A DNA stretch of 32,000 nt from Candidatus Saccharimonadota bacterium (GTDB taxonomy: Bacteria > Patescibacteriota > Saccharimonadia > Saccharimonadales > UBA4665), in assembly GCA_003516025.1 (NCBI GenBank), contig CP023991.1:180001-212000 (forward strand), given 5' to 3'. Made by a program: the position numbers and the translations under genes. The notes beneath the pieces are model-generated. The model was not told where the DNA came from and ran no database searches. It was given only the letters and a program-made list of their open reading frames with translations. Shown piece after piece: positions 18,061-24,767 of this stretch. Position 1 is the first letter of the stretch. Every line of letters starts with the position of its first letter.

Positions 18061-18948
18061 ATGCCTGTACTATCCCTGAAACCGAAGTGGCATCCAGAGA
18101 CGATCATTGTCCAAGCTTCAAGCGATGATATTGAGCGTCTAAGAAAAGGCTTTCCTCCTCTTGGGGAAGGTGATCGAATAACTAAGCTATCTGAAAAGTT
18201 CTATCACTTGTCACCGCCAGCTACAAAGACTATGGTGCCACGTCTATATGAAGTTATTTTATTGCGCGATTTGGACTTAACTAGAGAATCTGTGCGGACA
18301 GAGGAGATTGATGACTTCGAGCAAAGCGCCACATTTTATGAGTTTGTTGCTAAAAGCAAAATTAAGATAGTTGAAGATAACTATTCGTTTATTAAAAATC
18401 AATTGCTGTACAAAGCGTTTTACATGATTGAATCGAAGCTACGTATTACAGCTATGTCTCAAGATGAGATTATGCAATATGTACCAATCAGCCCTCGAAC
18501 TAAAGGCTTTGATCATAAGGTCGCAACTTTTACTTTTAGTGAGTTATACGAACAATTACTTTTGTCGCCAGCATCGGATAAATATATTATCGCAAAATGG
18601 AATAGTTATAATAGTGACCCAGCTGAGCTTCTTAAATTAAAGTCGTCCACAACTAAGATTGAAGAGCTTAATTTCCCTCTTAAAATTGACGAACTAAACA
18701 AGTTAAGAAAAATCAGAAACAATTGCATGCATTTTAGGGTAACCACGTTAGGGGACTATGGTGACGCTATTACTATGATAAATCGGTATTTGATAGATAA
18801 GGACAGAAAAATGCTAGCTAGTGGCTTAGGACAAGCTCTAAAGCCATATCAAAATGCTCTCAAAGCCTCACAAGATAAATTCAATGAATTACTTGAGGAG
18901 CAAAAAAGGATATTTAGTATGTTACGTGGTGACGCGACCGATACTTAG
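18061..18948 (+). CDS. HEPN-domain protein (Abi_2/Swt1-like RNxxxH motif), putative RNase
   Basis: The C-terminal helical domain contains LNKLRKIRNNCMHF, giving R219-N-N-C-M-H224 (nt 18715-18732). This is the R-x4-H HEPN catalytic signature in its (I/L)RNxxxH form. Confidence 0.65.
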   Translation: MPVLSLKPKWHPETIIVQASSDDIERLRKGFPPLGEGDRITKLSEKFYHLSPPATKTMVPRLYEVILLRDLDLTRESVRTEEIDDFEQSATFYEFVAKSKIKIVEDNYSFIKNQLLYKAFYMIESKLRITAMSQDEIMQYVPISPRTKGFDHKVATFTFSELYEQLLLSPASDKYIIAKWNSYNSDPAELLKLKSSTTKIEELNFPLKIDELNKLRKIRNNCMHFRVTTLGDYGDAITMINRYLIDKDRKMLASGLGQALKPYQNALKASQDKFNELLEEQKRIFSMLRGDATDT

Positions 18949-18971
18949 GTGTAAACACTGTCGAGTCATCC

Positions 18972-19583
18972 ATGTATAATCCGAATATGAGTCTAATAAT
19001 TGTTGAGGTAGTAGAGGAAGGGATTCTATTCTCTGCAGATAAACGTATTACTTGTGTGGACAATAATACTTACGAGGACAACTGCACAAAGGCATTCCCT
19101 TTGAAGGGGCGGATTGTCGGTGGTGTGGTAGGTAGAAATGTTGATAACCCTGATGTATATCGTAATGAGTTAGATGGGCAGCCGGATAATTTGGCTGATA
19201 AGACGGTATATGATTGTGCTAAATAGGCAGCTGAAACCATTGCGGCCCTTAGTGACCCTGACGATAATCCGCCTCAGATGAGGTTAATTGTATCCGGATA
19301 CGACAGTGACACACCTATGATATACGAGGTTAACATTACAGCTACGGTAGATATAATCGTAAATCGTAGCCCATACTTCTCAACAAATGACCCTATATCT
19401 TATGAGATTACTAATGAGGGTTTGAATGTGGTGCGAAAACATCCCTATAACAAGACAACTTGTGACGAAGCGCTAAAAAATCATAAAAGCCGCATTAAAG
19501 AAGCGGCGGCTGAAAACGTAACCATAAGCGAAGAGTTTAATAGCTATCTCATTAAGCCAGATGGTATAACTGTACTTCGCTAA
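18972..19583 (+). pseudogene. Proteasome/HslV-like Ntn-hydrolase homologue interrupted by an in-frame TAG
   Basis: ORFs 18972-19226 and 19278-19583 share one frame, and the only stop between them is TAG at 19224-19226. M-SLIIVEVVEEGILFSADKRIT...TKAF gives Ser1/Asp17/Lys34, equivalent to the proteasome Thr1/Asp17/Lys33. The second half, LIVSGYDSDTPMIYEVN, resembles the beta-subunit core. Confidence 0.6.
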
Positions 19584-19699
19584 AATGACCTCTTATATCC
19601 CTTCTTCTTATTGCATAGTAATAGTAAATAACTGTTTCTTGAGGCGCAAATTTATTATTTCAACCTGGTAGATTGTCCGGCATTAATAATGCTGGCTCT

Positions 19700-21301
19700 C
19701 TAATTAAGCCCAAGCTTTTTACTGCGAGTATCAGAGTTATAGGCCAGAAGATCATACCGTTCATTAAATAGCTTCTTTAAAACTCTGATAGTAATCTGTA
19801 GCGACTGATTGTAGAACTCTGCAACTTCCTTCCAATTGTAGTGGCGTGAGCCATGAACGATGTCGCTCCTACGTGTATATAGGTCGCTCACCTGATTAAA
19901 AATAAGTTGCTTTTCGGCTTCGTTATCACCTAAGAGTTTACTGATAGATAATGCAATTCTGAATTTTACCTCTCCGTTGTTAGTGCCAAAAAGATTTTCC
20001 CAAATTATGACAAAATCAATGAAGCTGTCGGTGATATCGGTTCGTCTTACAGCGCTCGCTAAGCGACGGAACGATATAATTACTCTTTTATACTGATGAC
20101 TTGCTACAACGCGGGCAAGTTGCTCAATGGAAGTTATTTCCTCATCCGTAAGCGAATCATTAATCATGTATTGATTAGCCAACGGGTACGACATGGATTC
20201 ACCGTTCTGAAATGGTGGGATTAATTTCGATGCTAGAGGAAAAATTCTTAAAGTTTTATTAAGGGCCAATTGTGGCAATGCAGAAATAATAGCAAGCTTC
20301 TCCTCAGTTTCTACATCACTTTGATTACCTGCTTGTGTGAATGGTATAGAAGACAAGTCGCTACTAACGGTCATCTTCATTCCGAACTTACTCTCAAATA
20401 CAACGTCTACTTCGTAGCTTTCATTTCTAAATGGAGGTTTCAACCATATCTTTTCAACATCGCGAGCCTTGCGCAGTGTACCCCAAACTGTCGTTATGCT
20501 TTGCTCATCAGTTAGGTGGAGTCCGCTAACCACAGTAATAAGCGGAACGTCCCTCTGTTCGCCATTTATCAGCTTTTTTAATAGCTCTACATTTTTCAAG
20601 CATTCGTTAACGAACTCTTGGCATGTGAATTGTCCCTTTGTTACTGACAGCATAGCAAAAGTCTGTTTTATTACCCCGTATGCAAACATACTTGCTTGGG
20701 CTACGCTACCATTCCCAGAGTTAAATCCATGTATTACGTAAGCTCTAGTATTCTCTGTAGTATCACCCTGTGCTGGGAATAAACGCGAGAGAGTTACATC
20801 TATAGGTAGTAGCTCAATAAGTTCGGCGTTAACTGGATGGTTATGACTAAATGCACGCTCATAATATGAAAGATGTGACATGGGTATAGATTGGTCACTC
20901 CTAGTTTCATTAGGTTGGGCGGGTAATAAATAAAACGGATAGGCATCACGCGCCAAAGTTGCAAGTCTTTTTGCAATAGGATCGCGACGCCTAGTTTCAT
21001 AAAATGTACCGCCAGCTATTTCTCTAATTTGATTAAGTGTAATTGTGTCTGTAAATCTGTGCTCGTAATCTGTTAAAAATCCCACCAGACCGAATCGAAT
21101 ATCTTCTAGCGAGCTATCTGCATTATAAATTCTAGAAGCACAGGCGATAAGCACCCTAAGTGCTGCTTCTTTTTCGGACGCCAACGGTCTAGTTTCTTCA
21201 ATCCTATCTTGGAGTTCTTGCGTGCTTAAGTTGCAAGCATATTCAGTAAAGGGCCTACCTGTTATTGTCAGCAATGTTCCTAACGTTATTTGCTCGTACA
21301 T
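19700..21301 (-). CDS. Large HEPN-domain protein (C-terminal RSxxxHG motif), N-terminal region unknown
   Basis: 533 aa. The C-terminal ~130 aa are helical and contain LYTRRSDIVHGS, giving R478-S-D-I-V-H483 (nt 19853-19870), as in Apea/MAE-type HEPN domains. It is convergent with the cassette. Confidence 0.7.
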   Translation of the reverse strand: MYEQITLGTLLTITGRPFTEYACNLSTQELQDRIEETRPLASEKEAALRVLIACASRIYNADSSLEDIRFGLVGFLTDYEHRFTDTITLNQIREIAGGTFYETRRRDPIAKRLATLARDAYPFYLLPAQPNETRSDQSIPMSHLSYYERAFSHNHPVNAELIELLPIDVTLSRLFPAQGDTTENTRAYVIHGFNSGNGSVAQASMFAYGVIKQTFAMLSVTKGQFTCQEFVNECLKNVELLKKLINGEQRDVPLITVVSGLHLTDEQSITTVWGTLRKARDVEKIWLKPPFRNESYEVDVVFESKFGMKMTVSSDLSSIPFTQAGNQSDVETEEKLAIISALPQLALNKTLRIFPLASKLIPPFQNGESMSYPLANQYMINDSLTDEEITSIEQLARVVASHQYKRVIISFRRLASAVRRTDITDSFIDFVIIWENLFGTNNGEVKFRIALSISKLLGDNEAEKQLIFNQVSDLYTRRSDIVHGSRHYNWKEVAEFYNQSLQITIRVLKKLFNERYDLLAYNSDTRSKKLGLN

Positions 21302-21509
21302 ACTTAGATTATAGAGCAGGTTTAAATGTGGGCTGGTTATTTAGTACTAATATGTATATATTCGCCCTTCTTGTTGGTTAACAGTAGTCATTTCCCCTGT
21401 GGCTTTAGAAATTGAAGCGGCAATATGCTCGTGAGATGCAGTGTCCCATGATTCATTCAGTACGAGTAATATACTTTTCAGGAGTGGTTCAAAGTTATTC
21501 GCCTTTGGA

Positions 21510-21517
21510 CGACCAAT
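21510..21517 (+). repeat. Right copy of the 8-bp direct repeat CGACCAAT (candidate att core, attR)
   Basis: It is identical to 10083-10090 and lies at the GC transition, immediately abutting and partly within the bidirectional terminator stem. Confidence 0.4.
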
Positions 21518-21552
21518 CAAAAAGTCCGTCGTATGACGGACTTTTTGATTGG
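21513..21552. terminator. Bidirectional rho-independent terminator
   Basis: A perfect palindrome, CCAATCAAAAAGTCCGTC / GACGGACTTTTTGATTGG, around the loop GTAT. The core GTCCGTC/GACGGAC stem is flanked by A5 and T5. It lies 15 nt after the stop of the minus-strand 95-aa gene. Confidence 0.75.
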
Positions 21553-21567
21553 TTTGCTACGTATTTG

Positions 21568-21855
21568 CTACCGGCTGTTTTCAGCTCCAGGCACCGTACT
21601 CGTGCCTGTCGGGCTCGGTGTCGCGTCGTCAGCCGAATTAGCACCTTGATTGACCGAACCATTATCGGTTGGCGGCACATTGCCGGCCGCGTTCGGGTCA
21701 GCCTGCTCGGTTGATTGATCGGGCGCTTGCGCTGTCTGGGTATGTGTCCGAATATACCAGGCAGCGCTAACCAACGCGATAAAGAGCAGAATGGCTATAA
21801 CGATCCGAGGCAGGCTCATACGAAAATGATGTTCAGTGGTTGCGGATTGAGCCAT
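21568..21855 (-). CDS. Small membrane-anchored protein with a low-complexity Pro/Thr/Ala/Asn tail
   Basis: It has a TM helix (IVIAILLFIALVSAAWYI), host-like GC and its own terminator. The true start may be the internal Met (MSLPRI). Confidence 0.5.
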   Translation of the reverse strand: MAQSATTEHHFRMSLPRIVIAILLFIALVSAAWYIRTHTQTAQAPDQSTEQADPNAAGNVPPTDNGSVNQGANSADDATPSPTGTSTVPGAENSR

Positions 21856-21960
21856 GTTTTTGTCTCCTTAGGTATAAGACTATTACACGCTACCGGCGCA
21901 TCGACGGCTATAAAATATATAACGGCAAAAATATTTGCTACAATATGACTGTTTCAATTC

Positions 21961-22036
21961 CAGGGTGTAGCGCAGTTGGTAGCGCGCAGCGTTCGGGACG
22001 CTGAGGTCGGAGGTTCAAGTCCTCTCACCCTGACCA
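21961..22036 (+). tRNA. tRNA-Pro (anticodon CGG), CCA encoded
   Basis: Hand-folded, 76 nt. Acceptor CAGGGTG/CACCCTG, D arm GCGC-AGTTGGTA-GCGC, anticodon arm CAGCG-TTCGGGA-CGCTG, T arm GGAGG-TTCAAGT-CCTCT, discriminator A, then CCA. Confidence 0.9.
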
Positions 22037-22047
22037 TACTTCGGCTA

Positions 22048-22770
22048 TTAGCGGGGGCGTTTCCGGGCGACGAGACGGGCCTGATCGGCCAAACTATCGT
22101 CGACTTCCAAACTTGTAAACTCACTGAATTTGCGTAGGGCCGCTTGCCGCAATAACTCATCAGCGAAAACCGGATTCTTCGGCAACAATGAACCGTGCAG
22201 ATAAGTTCCGTATACGTTGTTATAAACAGCGCCTTCGAAGTTATCCTTTTGGTTGTTGCCGGCGCCTTTTAATACTTTTCCGAATGGCTTCACGGACGCG
22301 TCGAGGAACGTTTGGCCGCTGTGGTTTTCATAGCCGATTACCTCGCCGAACGGTGTATCGAGTGTAATATTGCCAATCAGGCGTGTTGGGCCGGCATGGG
22401 TTTCGGCACCAAAAATACCGATGCCTGGAATAGTTTTACCGTCGGCCGTTTTAAAGAACCGGCCGAATAACTGGTATAGCCCGCAGACCATCACCATAGG
22501 TACGTTACCATCCGCGAGACTATGTAACTGGTCACCGATTTTGAGCAAATCATCCTCGACTTTTTCCTGGCCGGAGTCCTGGCCGCCACCACCGACAATC
22601 ATGTCAATATCTTTGGGAAACGGCTTGCCGGGATGATGATAAACCACTTCGGGCGTATAGCCATGCCATTCAGCGCGGCGCATAAGTGTCAGGACATTGC
22701 CGCGGTCACCGTAAATATTCATCTCATTCGGATATAGCTGCAGAATGCGAAGTGTTTTGGCAGTACTCAT
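22048..22770 (-). CDS. gatD: Lipid II isoglutaminyl synthase glutaminase subunit GatD (CobQ-like GATase)
   Basis: LRILQLYPNEMNIYGDRGNV, a catalytic Cys context (MVCGLYQLFG) and a His context (YGTYLHGSLLPKNP). It has an ATGA overlap with the upstream murT. Confidence 0.85.
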   Translation of the reverse strand: MSTAKTLRILQLYPNEMNIYGDRGNVLTLMRRAEWHGYTPEVVYHHPGKPFPKDIDMIVGGGGQDSGQEKVEDDLLKIGDQLHSLADGNVPMVMVCGLYQLFGRFFKTADGKTIPGIGIFGAETHAGPTRLIGNITLDTPFGEVIGYENHSGQTFLDASVKPFGKVLKGAGNNQKDNFEGAVYNNVYGTYLHGSLLPKNPVFADELLRQAALRKFSEFTSLEVDDSLADQARLVARKRPR

Positions 22771-24065
22771 CCCATTATCTCCAGTTTGGTATAGGCGCGC
22801 AGTAAGCGGCGCAGTTTGAGCATGGCCGTGTAGGTGCAGAAAATGCGCCGGGTTGATGCCGTAGTGTCGGCCGACAGGAAGGTGGCAAGAGATGCGCGAA
22901 GATCGGTATCAATCTGCCCGGCCGCCACATTGTCGTAACGCAGGCGAAGGGCCATGTCGTACGCCCGAATGCCGCTGACCATGGCTACGCCGTGTTCCTG
23001 CAGGCTGGTAAAATCAACGTCCCACAACCAGGACATATCGCGGCCATCGGCGTATTGGTCGTTGATGGCGATCATCACGGAGGCGTCAGCCGGATCGAAT
23101 GAAGCCAGCGACAACCGGAAGCCGGCCGGATTTTTTACCAGTACCAGCTCCAGGGGCTTGCCGTTGACCTGTAGCGTTTCGCCGCGGCCAAAAGCCGGCT
23201 CGACCTTTTCGAGGGCTGCTACGAGCCGCGCGTCGTTGCCCTTGGAACCCAGTATAGTTTTGCAAAGTGCCAAGGCACCGGCAGCGTTCAAAAAGTTGTA
23301 AACTCCACTGAGCTTCATAGTAGCGTCATAGGTTTTGTTGCCAATCCGGAATGAGGCCTGGTGTTCATTAAAAGCCGCCAGCTCCACGTCCGCAGGCTCT
23401 AAATGCCTGGGCGGTAGCGGTTGCTCGGTCTCAACCTGATATAGCTTGTCATCATTAACGAACACGTGGTGCAGGCTGCTGTCGGCGCCAAAATAGCGCA
23501 CCGGTACGGTAGGATCATGCAGGTTTACCAGCTTGGCAATGGCGCTGACCCGCGGATCGTCACGGTTTAAAACGACGCTGCCTGTAGCTTTGACGGCAAC
23601 TTTTTGCAGCAGCTTGGCCGTGTAGTCAATCTCTCCAAAGCGGTCAAGCTGGTCGCGCATGACATTGAGTAATAATACGTGGTCGACGGGAGCCCGCTGA
23701 ATAAAATGCACCGCGTGGGCTTCGTCCAGCTCCAGGACGGCGATGTCGTGAGGCATACGGCCTTTGCTGTCGACGACATCCAGGATAGCCGCTGCGATTC
23801 CACGTACGAAATTACTGCCGGTCTTGTTGGTAAAGACAGTTAAGCCACTGGCCGCTAAAAGCTCGCTGACAATCTTGGTGGTGGTCGTCTTGCCGTTGGT
23901 ACCGGTGATGACCACGACGCCGTAGGGGAGGTCGGCAAGCATATGTCCGACGAAGTTTTTATCGAGTTTCTCCACGACTAAACCGGGCAGGGCAGTACCG
24001 CCGCCACGCAGTCGGGCTGCCCGCTTCACGGTTTTACCAATTAATATGGTGTGTCTTTTACGCAT
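22767..24065 (-). CDS. murT: Lipid II isoglutaminyl synthase ligase subunit MurT (Mur ligase family)
   Basis: Mur-ligase P-loop ITGTNGKTTTT and the C-terminal MurT-specific segment AINDQYADGRDMSWLWDVDF. It is paired with gatD. Confidence 0.85.
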   Translation of the reverse strand: MRKRHTILIGKTVKRAARLRGGGTALPGLVVEKLDKNFVGHMLADLPYGVVVITGTNGKTTTTKIVSELLAASGLTVFTNKTGSNFVRGIAAAILDVVDSKGRMPHDIAVLELDEAHAVHFIQRAPVDHVLLLNVMRDQLDRFGEIDYTAKLLQKVAVKATGSVVLNRDDPRVSAIAKLVNLHDPTVPVRYFGADSSLHHVFVNDDKLYQVETEQPLPPRHLEPADVELAAFNEHQASFRIGNKTYDATMKLSGVYNFLNAAGALALCKTILGSKGNDARLVAALEKVEPAFGRGETLQVNGKPLELVLVKNPAGFRLSLASFDPADASVMIAINDQYADGRDMSWLWDVDFTSLQEHGVAMVSGIRAYDMALRLRYDNVAAGQIDTDLRASLATFLSADTTASTRRIFCTYTAMLKLRRLLRAYTKLEIMG

Positions 24066-24137
24066 TAGCTAGTCTCTAGTATAAATCGAAGGCCGTTAGT
24101 TTCATACACCACGTACAATGTGGCGTACAATACCAGT

Positions 24138-24767
24138 ATGACGCTTATTCTTACTGTTCTGACGGTATTCCTTATATTAGTCGCTTCAGAGTGGTGGTGG
24201 CGACGCCGAAAGACACACGGTGAAGTCAGCCGTAAATTCATCCACATTACCGTCGGCAGTTTCGCCGCTTTCTGGCCATTATTCCTGGACTGGTGGCAAA
24301 TACTACTGTTGAGCGCCGCTTTTATTGTCGTCGTCCTCGTATCACGTTATTTTGGAATATTCCGGACCATTCACACTGTTGAGCGTCCAACGTGGGGCGA
24401 AGTCTACTTTGCTTTAGCCGTCGGAGGATTGGCGCTGCTGACGCACAATAACGCCATTTACGCCGCCGCCTTACTGCATATGGGCCTGGCTGACGGCTTA
24501 GCGGCTATCATAGGTGTTCGTTACGGCGCCCATAACAGTTATAAAGTACTCGGCCATACGAAGAGCATCGCGGGAACACTGACGTTTCTGTTCTGCTCCA
24601 TGATAATCTTGATCGTCTATGCCACAGTCACGCCCCACCTGATTGCGCCGGTTATACTGGTAGCTTTGGCCATCGTAGCGACCGCGTTGGAAAACGTATC
24701 AGTCCGCGGACTGGATAATATCGTAGTGCCGGCCGTTGTGGCGATAGCCCTGCACCTGGTGAGTTAG
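24138..24767 (+). CDS. Polytopic membrane protein, CTP-dependent polyprenol/phytol/dolichol-kinase-like family
   Basis: SRKFIHITVGSFAAFWP and LADGLAAIIGVRYG...KSIAGTLTF resemble the dolichol-kinase/VTE5/CdsA-superfamily motifs. The track start at 24120 is GTG; the first ATG is at 24138. Confidence 0.55.
   Translation: MTLILTVLTVFLILVASEWWWRRRKTHGEVSRKFIHITVGSFAAFWPLFLDWWQILLLSAAFIVVVLVSRYFGIFRTIHTVERPTWGEVYFALAVGGLALLTHNNAIYAAALLHMGLADGLAAIIGVRYGAHNSYKVLGHTKSIAGTLTFLFCSMIILIVYATVTPHLIAPVILVALAIVATALENVSVRGLDNIVVPAVVAIALHLVS

Noticed and set aside
18972-19583. Alternative genetic code (TAG or TGA reassignment) as the explanation for the in-frame TAG
   Set aside because: TAG terminates recA and several island genes (stops at 14917-14919 and 15326-15328). 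TGA terminates tsaE and the 430- and 378-aa genes. Conserved genes show no internal stops. The window therefore uses the standard code 11.
21412-21714. 100-aa plus-strand and 61-aa minus-strand ORFs spanning the island/host junction
   Set aside because: They run straight through the bidirectional terminator palindrome and overlap the better-supported 95-aa membrane protein gene. They have no start context.
21961-22036. tRNA-Pro(CGG) as the duplicated att-site partner of tRNA-Pro(UGG)
   Set aside because: It is a complete, distinct isoacceptor with a different acceptor stem and anticodon arm, not a partial 3' duplicate. It lies about 440 bp beyond the composition shift, separated from it by a host-like gene and a terminator. 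The short CGACCAAT repeat at 21510 fits better as the island end.
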